From Corallochytrium limacisporum Hawaii (Eukaryota; Protista; Pluriformea), in contig PDIP01000036.1 in assembly GCA_002811645.1 (NCBI GenBank), positions 124,001 through 188,000 of the forward strand: a stretch of 64,000 bases of DNA. The letters run 5' to 3'. The notes beneath the pieces are model-generated. The model was not told the origin of the DNA. It worked only from the letters and a program-made list of their open reading frames with translations, and searched no databases. A program made the position numbers and the translations under genes. This document shows positions 33,242-44,414 of the stretch, in pieces. Numbering within the stretch: the first letter of the stretch is position 1; every line of letters starts with the position of its first letter.

Positions 33242-36200
33242 ATGTCGTTCGCCATACCTGCCCGAGAGGCAGGTGCTTCGCCTATACTTGTCGTAGATAG
33301 TTCTGCCATGTTGGAGGATATGGGTCTGGCAGATGCTCCTATTGAGAGCCAGCAGATATACGAATACATCCGGAAGCTTTACAGCGCTCGCATCAAATCG
33401 CTGTGTGAGAAACTGGCCAGCTTGACCATGTCAATAGCCTCCGACGAGCTCTTGCAGACTATGGGCTCGCGAACGGAGAGCGCCCAGTATCTTAGTGAAA
33501 GGGCTTTGGAACTTATCCAAACTGCATTCATCAGCGATAGAGAACGGTATATCGAGGACCTTGCTCAGAGGTGTGCCCTGCTCGAGCTTGAACTAGGTCA
33601 CACACAGAGCACAACACAAGCGGCGAATGGTGCAGGCTCCTTTGTATCACCACAAGTGCAAGTGACACAATCTCCCAAAGACACAACTCTTCCTGACAGA
33701 GTGTCGCTGTATCTTGAAAGGATCCTTGTTCAGATTCAGCGAGAGGAAGGACCGGCGATCGGTAAAGCTGAGATTGCTCGGGAACTGCGTCTGTTATCTA
33801 CGGTTGTGCAAGATGCTCGGAAAGTTGAGCTCTTGAGCGATCACATAGGAAGCCTCACCGTCAGTTTAAAAGACAGCTTTTCGCAAAGTGTGCAAAGCAC
33901 TGAACACGAGAGACTGCAAATTTCTGCACTGACAGACGAATTGATGGCCGCGCGATCAGCTAACGAGATCGCGAAAAGCGCTCAGGATTCTCTTCTGGAG
34001 CAAAACAACAAGCTGCAGGGAAAACTCATGGAGAATCACCAGTACTATAAGCAACGGTACGCAGAACAAAAGGAATCACTGCAGCAGAAGGAACGGGAGA
34101 TCGTGCAGCTGAAGGCTGCGCTAAACGGGAGCACAGTAGGTGACTCGATAAAACAAGAGTTTGAGGCTCTGCGTTCAGAGTTTCGTCGGTCTGTGTTCGA
34201 GATTCGGGATCAGTTTGCACATAACCTGAGTGAGGACCACGCCGGAAAGACTAGTAATGACCTCGAGAACATTAGGAAGACTATGCAGTCCTCATTGAAT
34301 AACCTCAACAAGGAAATCCAGGACCTTCGCAAGTCCCGACCAAACCAAGAGTTCAGTCGCGAGATCTCGAGACTGCGCGATGAAGTCAGTAGATCAATCA
34401 CGCAGATTGCGACTTCAGGAGACACTGGTGGGAGCAAACTAGCACATGATGACATAGCGGAGCTCCGAAACACAGTCACACAGTCCCTGCAGAACATCAT
34501 GGATCATGTCCAGGAGCTTAAGTCGTCTTCATCCATGGCTTCACAGCAACGGGCACATATAGAACAGATTCTGGATACCAAGATGACCGCACTTAGAGGA
34601 GAAATGACGCGTTCACTGACTGACCTTGCAACGCTGATGAACACCAGAATAGAGCAAGCTGCCGCTACTGGCATGGATGATCGCTTGATGTCATCCATGG
34701 AAAACATGCTGGCGGAGCATGTTCACTCAATGAGGAGCCAGATGGAGAGCTCTCTGGCCAATGTCAGACAGGAAATGGCTAAGTCATCACAAGTCAACTT
34801 GTCGCAGGCTGACAATGACCAAGTGCTGTATGCTGTTGAGGGTGTCATGCAGAGGGGACTGCATCAAATGCGGGAGGAGTTAGACGCTTCCATTAGCGTG
34901 CTTGCCAAAGAAGTCGATACATTGAAGGCAACCCAAACAGGTTCCCTTCAAAGCATCAATGAAGCGATCGCGACTGCACAAGGACAAGGTCTGCACCTGG
35001 ACGCCCGCATGACCGAAATTGAGCAATCTGCTTCGAATGAAGAAATCAAGCAATTGATCCGGGAGGAAATTTCCTCACTGCAGCAAAATTTCGGTGGCTC
35101 ACTAACAGACCTACAGCGCACTATTGAGAACGTTAAACGCGGTGGTGTGGAAGGAGAAATGTCTAGCATGGAGGAGATTGCACAGTCTCTTCGGGACGAG
35201 CTCAGCGGCCAGATTTCGAACGTCAAGAAAGATTTACAGACCTCACTTTCGCACCTTTCTGCAAACGTCACAGACTGGAAACGAACTCACGAAGACACGG
35301 CACCCGCAGGGGCACAACAAGGGGTTGCAGAGAACCAAATCATGCTGCATCTTGCAGACATCAAGTCTGATATGGAACGTAGCATCACAGACCTCAATCG
35401 ACAGCTACGGGACCTCCAGGAAACAGAAATCGCATTCACGCCACGATCGCGTCCGGTTACCGAGCAGACACTGACAAGTCGTCTGCAGGAGATGGATGTC
35501 ACAGAAGACTTCAAGGCCCAACTCGATGATATGCACTCACTCATCCATGACACTTTCAATGCTGTCATGAAGGAAGTGGCCAAGCCGTCACCAAAGAAAA
35601 CGGACAAGGGTGCTTCCTCTACGCGATCACCACAGCGCCCGATCGCCACCTCACCACCACCAAACCTTCGCACAGTCACTCCAGAAACCAAACGTAGAGT
35701 CAGCAAGGTGAACAGATTGCTGGAAGACCTGATTAACGCTGGCCAGACAGACGAGAAAGATATGAACCAGTCCCTGCTTGACCTACTGGATCTAAAACAA
35801 AATGTTGAAGGCATGAAACGCAAGATGCACATAACTAGGGAAGATGAAAGGGAATATCTCAGCACTTCAGAGCCTGGAGCGGTCATGCATGAAATTACGC
35901 AAGAGCTCTTGGATAATATGGACGAGGTATCCGATCCTGAACTGCGTCACCTCATGACCAAGTGCACTTTGCATTTATCGGAAGTTCTGGAACTTAATGA
36001 TTCCGGGTATGCCAGCGATGATGCCGCTGACAAGACGCGCGACTGCATCAAGACGCTGCAAGAGCTGTCCAGAGTGCTTCTCATCGCCGATCGCAAGGCG
36101 ATTGCCAGCATGGGCTCTCTCCGCAAGTATGCCTTAATTTCCGACATAGAGGCCATCCTTCAATTCTTGCGCAAGGTTATTTCTGCCCACGAGGAGCTTC

Positions 36201-37525
36201 GCGCCGTGAACACCGTGGAACGTGGTACTTCGCCGGTCAGAAATTCTCCACCTCGGGCTATGGCGTCCTCTGCGGTCGGAACCTCGCCTGGTGTTCCGTC
36301 CGTGGTAGCTCCACAAGCCCTTGAGCCATCTGCTTCCACTTTAGCATCAGACAACAAAGCCCGTGAAGAACGCCGGAAACGTAAAATCGCTGAGACGAAG
36401 CTTCTGGAGGTAGCAAAGAAGTTTGAAGAAGTCAAAAATCGCATGAACGAGAAGTCCGCCGTAATCAAGGAGATGCGAACGGAAATGCAACGTCTACGGG
36501 AAGAGGCTGATGTGGAGAAGGAGGGTAGGATTGCCCTTCAGAAGCAGCTTGACCTTCGCGTGGATGAGCTCTTGCAACGCGAGAAGGAGATTGAACAAGT
36601 CCGGAACCATTGTGAGCAAATCGAGGCCCAGCTTTTAGCGTCACAGCGTGGCCTTCATGTGGAGAAGATCAAGTCCAACAAACTTTTGAGCCAGATGGGT
36701 GGCATGGACCCAGGTTTTGACATTGCTGCTCTGAACGCCACCAGAATGCGTTTGCAGAGCATGGAAACTATGGCAAGGCATCGACTGGGCGACAAGGAAG
36801 AGCCTCTAACAAGGGAAGCACGACTTGACCTCTATGCTCGTACAGTTGAGCTCCTCGTCGCGCAAGCGCTGTCGAAGACATCACGTCAGTCTCAGGAAGT
36901 TGGCACGGGTGCCGTTCCAAGTAATACCTCTATGGCATCAACTTCTGCACAGGCAGACACCATGACGTCCACTGAACCCAAGCATTCTCTGAAACAGCTC
37001 GATGACCTTGATCAGCGCTATAAGGACTTGATGGAGACCTCTGGTCTACAATCCGAGCAGGCTTCACAGGATATCGCAGGCAGCCTCATCCGCATCATTG
37101 ATGACTACCGCGGCCTCCTAGAGAACGTCCGTCCGAGCCTCTCTCGCCAGAGCTCGCCAAGTCGCACGAGCAAGGCATCGCAAGGCGCAAGCGCCGCTGT
37201 TCGGCCGGGTCCGTCCGTGGCCGAAGCAGATAGTCTGGCCATGCGCATCCAGAGTCTGGAAGAGGAAATGCAATCTACTCGACACTACCGTAACAATCTG
37301 ACACAAGCTAAGCAAATTATCCGCGCTGCATCCCAGAAAGGAGAGGAAGTACGGGAACTGCGGGCCGCATTGAACCGTTCTCTTCGGGATGTGTCCAACC
37401 GGCCGCCGCCCCAGAGCACCCTCGACACCTCCACGCAACTCGAGGCTGAAACGGAACGCCTCCTTCGCGAGTACCACACTGTCTCGCAGCGACCCGCCCC
37501 ACGGGAGTCAAGTCCCGCCCCATGA
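33242..37525 (+). CDS. Large coiled-coil protein of unknown function with internal degenerate repeats
   Basis: 4.3 kb uninterrupted ORF, E/Q/K/L/S-rich with heptad patterns; no family recognised; first ATG at 33242. Confidence 0.85.
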   Translation: MSFAIPAREAGASPILVVDSSAMLEDMGLADAPIESQQIYEYIRKLYSARIKSLCEKLASLTMSIASDELLQTMGSRTESAQYLSERALELIQTAFISDRERYIEDLAQRCALLELELGHTQSTTQAANGAGSFVSPQVQVTQSPKDTTLPDRVSLYLERILVQIQREEGPAIGKAEIARELRLLSTVVQDARKVELLSDHIGSLTVSLKDSFSQSVQSTEHERLQISALTDELMAARSANEIAKSAQDSLLEQNNKLQGKLMENHQYYKQRYAEQKESLQQKEREIVQLKAALNGSTVGDSIKQEFEALRSEFRRSVFEIRDQFAHNLSEDHAGKTSNDLENIRKTMQSSLNNLNKEIQDLRKSRPNQEFSREISRLRDEVSRSITQIATSGDTGGSKLAHDDIAELRNTVTQSLQNIMDHVQELKSSSSMASQQRAHIEQILDTKMTALRGEMTRSLTDLATLMNTRIEQAAATGMDDRLMSSMENMLAEHVHSMRSQMESSLANVRQEMAKSSQVNLSQADNDQVLYAVEGVMQRGLHQMREELDASISVLAKEVDTLKATQTGSLQSINEAIATAQGQGLHLDARMTEIEQSASNEEIKQLIREEISSLQQNFGGSLTDLQRTIENVKRGGVEGEMSSMEEIAQSLRDELSGQISNVKKDLQTSLSHLSANVTDWKRTHEDTAPAGAQQGVAENQIMLHLADIKSDMERSITDLNRQLRDLQETEIAFTPRSRPVTEQTLTSRLQEMDVTEDFKAQLDDMHSLIHDTFNAVMKEVAKPSPKKTDKGASSTRSPQRPIATSPPPNLRTVTPETKRRVSKVNRLLEDLINAGQTDEKDMNQSLLDLLDLKQNVEGMKRKMHITREDEREYLSTSEPGAVMHEITQELLDNMDEVSDPELRHLMTKCTLHLSEVLELNDSGYASDDAADKTRDCIKTLQELSRVLLIADRKAIASMGSLRKYALISDIEAILQFLRKVISAHEELRAVNTVERGTSPVRNSPPRAMASSAVGTSPGVPSVVAPQALEPSASTLASDNKAREERRKRKIAETKLLEVAKKFEEVKNRMNEKSAVIKEMRTEMQRLREEADVEKEGRIALQKQLDLRVDELLQREKEIEQVRNHCEQIEAQLLASQRGLHVEKIKSNKLLSQMGGMDPGFDIAALNATRMRLQSMETMARHRLGDKEEPLTREARLDLYARTVELLVAQALSKTSRQSQEVGTGAVPSNTSMASTSAQADTMTSTEPKHSLKQLDDLDQRYKDLMETSGLQSEQASQDIAGSLIRIIDDYRGLLENVRPSLSRQSSPSRTSKASQGASAAVRPGPSVAEADSLAMRIQSLEEEMQSTRHYRNNLTQAKQIIRAASQKGEEVRELRAALNRSLRDVSNRPPPQSTLDTSTQLEAETERLLREYHTVSQRPAPRESSPAP

Positions 37526-37619
37526 AATCAGAGATACATGCCGTAGAAGGACACCTGACATGAGACAGCCATACCACTGTGGGATGGTCAATACCCGTAC
37601 CTGAGCTCTATTTCCTGCG

Positions 37620-39540
37620 CGAAACTGGAACCCTCCCTCCGCAGGCTTCGCCCCCCTTGCGCGGCTCCTCTCAGATCCCATTTTCTCAGATGGCGGTCAC
37701 ATGGGGGGGGGGGAGCCGGGGACCCCTCCCCACCAGAGCGGTTGTGGATACGATAGTATCAGCGATCTGGTTACATAACACATCCAGCTGTCTCTTTACC
37801 ATGGTCGACACCGCTGCGGTCCATATCGAATAAATTTGTTTCCCTATGATGTGTGCATGTTGGTAACGACTAATACACAATAACACACGCGCGCACTCAC
37901 TCACACAAACACACACACACACACACACTCTCTCTCTCTCTCTCTCTCCCCCGCGCTCTCACATATACACGCACATGCACACCCACACAACACATACGCA
38001 CATGCACCTACTTCTTTCACAAACAGTTCGGCCACTGTTCTCCCTCAGTCCCTTTGAGTTCTTTGCTCCTTGGCCTTCCAATGGTTTCCTTTTCCCGTAC
38101 AACTGCAGCCCAGCCGCCCTCCCCACATGGCATCCACACCGGTCCCTGCGTCCTCCCGCATAGCCCGTACCCCTTGAGTACAGCCCGCGGACGAGCAGGT
38201 GCCGGATCATACCCGTACGGCGCGCTTTTAACCCGGGGTAAGGCCCAGTGCCAGGGCGCCAGCAAAACTTTGTAAGTTTTGCCTCGCTACGTTTTGGCCA
38301 GTGGGACGCTTTCCGGTGTAGTCGGCTACGGATCCAGAGCGGGGCGCCGCTGCTGCAGCCCTTGGTGAGCAGGTCCGTGTGGTTTTTTTTTGGTTTTCTA
38401 AAGGTTGGCCTTGTATTAAAGGTAGACTCTTTCAAAAAATAGCAGCAAATTTGCCCTCCTCCCGTCCCCCGCTCCCTGCCAGAGCAAGGAAGGCCCCTCC
38501 CCGGGGGTGGTGGCCGGCCGCGAAGCAGAGAGAGAGAGAGAAAAAATTCCATGGCCTTCGCAGCCTGGCATCCCATTCTTCTCCTCCTCCGGGCCTATTA
38601 CACCGTGCGCAAAGACGGAGCGAAGACAAAATACACAGGAAAGCATTGGAGGCGAGGCGAGAATGACAACAGACACACACACACACACAAAGAGCCGTGA
38701 CGCCCTGCTCGCACACACCGACACCCCCGGGTGGCTCGTGGTCCCCCGGGGCCGCACGGGTCCGCGGTACTGGATCAGTGGGAAAACATTTCCCGGGCTT
38801 TTACTCCAAGCCACAAGGAAAATCAAGCAGTAGAACTGGCTCCGCTGGGCCCCCTCCCCATCTCCCTCCCTCGCTCGGTGGTGCGATAGGTTAAACACCA
38901 CCGCGGGGACCCCCCCCGGGGGAGGCGCCCGCGCAAGAGTGTGTTGGTATAATAAAGCCATAGCGTTCCCTCTCTTATTGTCCCCTGTGGCGGTGGAGTT
39001 TCACCTCTTTGGCCTGACCAACACCACACACCCCCCCCCCCTTCCCGTCAGCCAGAGGTGGACCGGGAAAGGAGACGAAAGGGGGCCCAAAGGGACGGCT
39101 CCCCCGCCCGGGTTTGGGGGGGGGGGGGCATGTGAGAGACTCCACCAAGCGAAAGGTTGAAGAGCAAAGCCCAGAAAGCTCAAAAAGCTTGGAGCTGTGT
39201 GGCCTTCCCTTTCTTTCCTCCTCCCCCCCGGGGGCCTCCCCTGCTCGCTCTTAATATTTTGCCCCTCATCATCCTTCCCGTCGTTTCCTTTCGGCTGTTG
39301 GACGAGTGGATTCTGTGGCGGTTTCTGCAGCCCCCGCGGTGTTTTCCATAATCTTTCTTTGCACCGCAGCGCGGGCTTCGAAGGATTTTTCCATCGTTGG
39401 AATGAAAAAAAATGGAATCGGTCTTTCTCATCGTTTGCTTGCTCCTGCGTGCCCTGCGTGTGGTGTGTGTGTGGGGTCTGTGCCGTGTGTGCCCTGTTTA
39501 TTGAGGGCGGCATCATCGTGACCGGGACACAACGGGACCG
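37620..39540. promoter_or_regulatory. Large low-complexity island upstream of GIGYF
   Basis: Multiple G/C/A/T runs, CCCCGGGG palindromes and microsatellites, followed by an ApT-rich leader. Confidence 0.5.
37883..37950. repeat. Compound (CA)n(CT)n microsatellite
   Basis: Directly visible. Confidence 0.9.
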
Positions 39541-39861
39541 AATCGTCTTGTTTTGTGGTACCGTGATCCGTAACCCCATATTCAGTGGCAGTGTGGCATA
39601 GAATTCCCAGCTTTTTTTCATGGAATCAGGTAGCCACATGTATGAGAGAATGTGATCGAGGGCAAACGGGTAGAAGAAGCGCTGCTCTGCAGGGAAGATG
39701 ATATGAGACCCCTACACACTCAGTGCCTCTAAAGGGTTTAGTATTTATTCATAGCTTTATAGATCAAGCGATATAGACAGGGATCACCATTGATCAGAAA
39801 AATTGTGAACTTGTAGAATATTGTTAATGGAACGGAGTCAAAGGAGACTCTAAAAACAGAA

Positions 39862-42800
39862 ATGTCAGCAGGAGTATGGGCATCGTTGACAGCCAAAGGC
39901 CGAAGTGGGGACACATCTCAGCAGGTTGCTGGCGCAGGAACTCGAACAGAACCAGTAAAGTACACGAAAAATGACTTGCTTGCACTGTTTGATCCTACTG
40001 TGCCGATTCCGGAAAACCTGTTGGAGCATGCGGCCGTGTGTGCACCTAAGGCTATGCCTCCCATTTCAGCACAGCCGATGACAGACGAGGAACATGCACT
40101 GTGGAGCAATATTAATTCTGATATTGCCCTTCGTGGTGAACGGCCTGAACGGCCTGACCGTGCTAGCATTGGTGTTATGTCTGGAAATGGACCGATAACT
40201 CCTAGGGGCCGAACCTCCATGACCAGTGGTCCTCGGTACGCAGGCGGACCTGGCAGCTCTGGTGGTGGTGGTTATGGCGGTGCTGGAGGACCAGGTGCTT
40301 ACGGCAGTGCAGGTGGTAACATTCCTTCGAGCAATGGAGGACAGGGATCTATGCGCGCTTCTCTGGGCCGCCGCTTCACCATGGACGGGTCCGATGGCAA
40401 CGCAGTAGGTGAAGCATCCTCTAGCGGTAGGCAAGGATCATTCGGAAACACTGGTAGTCGCTATGTTCCTGCACCCAATTCTGCACGGCACTCCATTGCT
40501 ACTAATGCTGCACCGGGTGGTGGCCATCCGGGTGGCATTGCTTCGGTTGGCGCTGGAGCTGCAGTGGGAAACCTCAAGAAGGAATTGAGTAGGGCTGATA
40601 GTGAACGGGATTGGCGCAGACCAGCCAGCGAAACTGGGGCCAGCAACTTTGGTTTCAACCGTTCAGTGACACTGGAGAATCCTCCTGCTCTCCCAGGTGC
40701 CCTGGGTGCGCGTGTTAGTCGCCGTGCTGGCGAGGAGGATGACGATGTGCCGGAATGGGCTAGGGTTGATGTGGACGAAGTTCGCCGTAGCCAGCGGGAA
40801 AGTGGTTTTGAAGACGGCGCACTGCGGGTTGGTTCTCGCAGTGCCCGGGGATCCAAAACTGTAGATGATGCAGCCTTGTCACACGGATACACCTCCGGGT
40901 CCCAAACACAGCGCACACAGGAACAGTACAGTGCCGCATCCACGATGCAACCGGGATTCATTTCTGGAGCTCCTGCTGGTGGAATTGGCCGCAGTCGCTA
41001 TGCAATCCCGGAACAGCCGCAGCACTCACAGCAGCAGCAGTCACAGCAGCCGCAGCAGCAGTCTCAGGTATCGCCCCAACACCCTCAACAACAACGACAG
41101 TCGATGCCCGCACAGCCGCAGCAACAGCCTGGTCCTGCCCCAATTGGAAATGTCAGCAACATCAATATTTGGTTCTACCGCGATCCTCAGGGTAACGAAC
41201 AAGGACCCTTCAGTAGTGTCCAGATGTTGGAGTGGGCGGAGATGGGTTATTTTCAGGATCAGCTTGCCGTCAGGCGGTCCACTGACAAGCTCTTCATGCC
41301 TCTGGGTCTACTCGTCAAGACCCTGGGTCAGCTCCCATTCAAGGTGGATCCTTTCATTGGTCAATTGGACGCAATTTATCAGCAGTACGGAATGTTGGTC
41401 ATGCAGCAGCAGCAGCAACGACAGCAGCAACAGTCAACGCAGCAGCACCCGCACCAGCACCCGCACCAGCAACATCAGATCCCCCCACAGCAACAGATTC
41501 CGCCTCAGCAGCCTCAACAACAACAGCAGGCCCCATTGACCCACCAAGATCTGGATAGCCAGGTCCAGCAGCAAGTGCAACTGCCACACCCGCCAGCTGA
41601 GTCCATGCAGAAGAAGCAGATCACGGAACCCAAGGTGGAAGAAAGGGAGGTCTCTGTTCCTGAGGAACCCTCTGTTGAGGAGCAGGTTCCTCCTGTCCCT
41701 GCACTGGAGAAGAAGTCGCCCAGGCCAGAGGCTCCAGTCGCTGAAGCGCCGGTCTCGAAGGAAGATGCTCCGGTGGAGGCACCCGCCAAGCCGACCAAGC
41801 AACAACCGAAGAAGGAACCTGCTGTTGCTCCTTGGGTCGAGAAAACGCAGAAGGGCAACAACGGGAAGTCCCTCCGGGAGATTCAGGAGGAGGAAGCTCG
41901 CGCCCTCGAGGTCAAGCGGGTGGTCGATCAGCAGCGAAAGAAGGAACGTCTGCTGAGCGAGGGATCAGACAGCAGCAGCGGAGGTATCGGTGGCGGTGCT
42001 GGATGGGCCAGTAAGGGTAGTAGTGCCCCAGGCAAGCTTACCATGGGCCGTAAACCATCCCTTTTGGAAATTCAGCAAGAGCAGGAGCGTCAGGCTAAGC
42101 TAACTGCGGAGAAACGTCAGAAGGATATGCCCGGCTCCGCTACCAACGGCAGTAGTGGTCGCATTGTGAAGAGTGGATGGTCATCCGTTGTCGGCGGTGC
42201 CCAAACTGGTCCACCTTCCAAGAACACCTGGGGTACCCCTGGTGGCAGCACCCCTGCGTCCGAGACTGCTGCCAAAACGGAATCATCCGCTGGTGATGTG
42301 TCCGAGGACGTTGATCACGTTGAGCCTACAGCCGAGCTTGCCCATGAAGATGTGGCGGCCGACGACGATGGTGAGTGGGAGACGGTGCATGAGCGTGCAC
42401 ATAAGGCACGCAGCGCCAGTGCTGCCACACCTGCCCTGGCAAACCTGGACCGTCCTCTGACCAAGTCGGAGAAGAAGCGCATGAAGCGTGCACAGAAGCG
42501 TGCTGCGGGCCGGGAGAGCTCGTTTGGTGAAGAGGAAGCCCATGTCGACGCCGCTGGCGCTGATGACAGCGAGCCAGCACCTTCTGCTTCTGAACCCCAG
42601 CCACAGCAGCCCGTGGTGTCTCCTGGGAAGGCTTCCAAGTCCAGCCCTCCCCCCAAGGGAGTTCAGACCGAACCCAAGCCTCCTGCTCTCTCCGTGCCAT
42701 CTCCCAAAGCCTCTGCGTCGTCTGACTCCAGGTCTGCTAATCTGGGCGAAAACGCAGAGCTGTACATTTGGTGTATCGATTCACTGAACAAACTGAAGCC

Positions 42801-43008
42801 GGAACTGGAGACCACTCCATTCTTGCTCTTCCTCCTGAGTCTGGAGACTGATGGAGACGTGTCTGACTACATCCGTGCGTACGTTGGATCCGATGCCAAG
42901 ACCCAGAGCTTCATCCAGGACTTTAATCAGCGTCGACCCTTCATGAGTGGTGCTGAGTTCGAGTCCATTGCTGAGCATCTGAAGGGAAGCAAGGCCACTG
43001 GTGCCTAG
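39862..43008 (+). CDS. GIGYF: GIGYF-family GYF-domain protein
   Basis: GYF domain WFYRDPQGNEQGPFS..QMLEWAEMGYF; N-terminal YTKNDLL (4EHP-binding-like) and PMTDEE; VPEW (DDX6-binding-like); SLREIQ/SLLEIQ motifs; C-terminal DYIRAYVG; Gln-rich tracts. Confidence 0.9.
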   Translation: MSAGVWASLTAKGRSGDTSQQVAGAGTRTEPVKYTKNDLLALFDPTVPIPENLLEHAAVCAPKAMPPISAQPMTDEEHALWSNINSDIALRGERPERPDRASIGVMSGNGPITPRGRTSMTSGPRYAGGPGSSGGGGYGGAGGPGAYGSAGGNIPSSNGGQGSMRASLGRRFTMDGSDGNAVGEASSSGRQGSFGNTGSRYVPAPNSARHSIATNAAPGGGHPGGIASVGAGAAVGNLKKELSRADSERDWRRPASETGASNFGFNRSVTLENPPALPGALGARVSRRAGEEDDDVPEWARVDVDEVRRSQRESGFEDGALRVGSRSARGSKTVDDAALSHGYTSGSQTQRTQEQYSAASTMQPGFISGAPAGGIGRSRYAIPEQPQHSQQQQSQQPQQQSQVSPQHPQQQRQSMPAQPQQQPGPAPIGNVSNINIWFYRDPQGNEQGPFSSVQMLEWAEMGYFQDQLAVRRSTDKLFMPLGLLVKTLGQLPFKVDPFIGQLDAIYQQYGMLVMQQQQQRQQQQSTQQHPHQHPHQQHQIPPQQQIPPQQPQQQQQAPLTHQDLDSQVQQQVQLPHPPAESMQKKQITEPKVEEREVSVPEEPSVEEQVPPVPALEKKSPRPEAPVAEAPVSKEDAPVEAPAKPTKQQPKKEPAVAPWVEKTQKGNNGKSLREIQEEEARALEVKRVVDQQRKKERLLSEGSDSSSGGIGGGAGWASKGSSAPGKLTMGRKPSLLEIQQEQERQAKLTAEKRQKDMPGSATNGSSGRIVKSGWSSVVGGAQTGPPSKNTWGTPGGSTPASETAAKTESSAGDVSEDVDHVEPTAELAHEDVAADDDGEWETVHERAHKARSASAATPALANLDRPLTKSEKKRMKRAQKRAAGRESSFGEEEAHVDAAGADDSEPAPSASEPQPQQPVVSPGKASKSSPPPKGVQTEPKPPALSVPSPKASASSDSRSANLGENAELYIWCIDSLNKLKPELETTPFLLFLLSLETDGDVSDYIRAYVGSDAKTQSFIQDFNQRRPFMSGAEFESIAEHLKGSKATGA

Positions 43009-43451
43009 GGTCACCGAAGGCCGTAGCCATTTCAAAGATACGCCTGTCGTTTGAGGACCCCTGCCGTTTTGTTGTTTTGTTGCTGGACAACGAAGGACCG
43101 TCTTTTCACTACAGAATTTTAAGTGTATTCTTTTGGCGCTGCCCACGATAATCGATCGGCAATATCTAAGTATTGTGCAGAACCTGTGTTACTGTTTTGC
43201 AGAAGTACATTCCGTAGATCACAAACATTCACACACAAAATGATCTGAATTACTTTTCGTGTCTTTCCCCTTTGTATGGTGTAGTATGGTACGCTTGTAA
43301 TGGATATAATGGATGCCGATGAATGGTCTTGTCGCCATGATTGTACACAGTTGATGATATGGAATGCGTGTATGTCAAGTAGAAGACTCGCATGCTGGGG
43401 AGAATCCAGTCCCCGTGTGTCTCAGCATGATCTGGAGTCCCTTGAATTTGC

Positions 43452-44414
43452 TCACGCGGCAAGATATGCCACGGTTTCCGAGTGCTTCGCGGAGAGCATG
43501 GAGTTGTTGGATGAATCACGGCGCTTGGGCATAGGCTCCAGGCTACTATCTCGCACGCCAAGTAGATTCCGGTTGCAGGACCTGCGGCCCTCCAGAGGAC
43601 CATCAATGTGTGTATTGCACTCAGCCAGGAATGCATCTTTTTTGGTGAGTTTGTCCTTCGCCTTGGCCCGTTGGCGTTCTCGCATGCGGATTAGACAAGT
43701 GATGGGTTCGAGTTTCTGCCCGCGATGAAAGTACATGAGCAACAGTGTACGGTGCTGATTTAGAGAGATTTCGTCCCATTTTTCTCGGCTAGCGAGGTCC
43801 TGGAGAGTCTGCAGACGCTCCGGTCGAGTAGCTGGCATCACTGCCAGTGGACTGACCTTATCCGCATCCACCATGCCTAGAATACGCCTGAAATAGGACT
43901 CAGTGGCTCGGACCTGCAAATCTGGGAACCGCTTCAGACCCCGACCTATGCCCGCGGTATATGTGCCTGCCTCACCATTGTTGTTTGGCGTCTCATACGT
44001 AGTAGTGACAACCATGTCAAAGTCTGTCTCGCTGCACGCCGCTCCGTTATCGCCTGAAATCTTCAGGTGGCTGATTTCACTGGCAATGCGCCCTTCTGGT
44101 CCCCGCAAGTGGACAGTAAGCATTGTGCAACGCATGAGAGAGGCGCGTGCAACATCAGTGGGCTCCCAAATGCCAACCTCCGTTCCATTAACGTCTTCGA
44201 ATCCCACGAAATGTGCAATCAGCGGCTCCTCGTCGCCGCCAAACGGCTTGATTTCAAACTCCAGGCGCTTAATGTGGTCTTCAAGAACAATGCTGCACAA
44301 AGTGTTCCATCCCTGGCTAACCTTGCATGCTGTCCCGAGCAAAGTAGGGTCTGCTAGTTTGAGAATATGGTGAATCGTCTCCGTCGGGAGTTGGTCGATG
44401 GCGCCCGCGCTCAT
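43452..44414 (-). CDS. F-box protein, C-terminal domain unrecognised; start MSAGA at 44414
   Basis: IDQLPTETIHHILKLADPTLLGTACKVSQGWN is an F-box motif directly after the ATG at 44414. Confidence 0.8.
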   Translation of the reverse strand: MSAGAIDQLPTETIHHILKLADPTLLGTACKVSQGWNTLCSIVLEDHIKRLEFEIKPFGGDEEPLIAHFVGFEDVNGTEVGIWEPTDVARASLMRCTMLTVHLRGPEGRIASEISHLKISGDNGAACSETDFDMVVTTTYETPNNNGEAGTYTAGIGRGLKRFPDLQVRATESYFRRILGMVDADKVSPLAVMPATRPERLQTLQDLASREKWDEISLNQHRTLLLMYFHRGQKLEPITCLIRMRERQRAKAKDKLTKKDAFLAECNTHIDGPLEGRRSCNRNLLGVRDSSLEPMPKRRDSSNNSMLSAKHSETVAYLAA

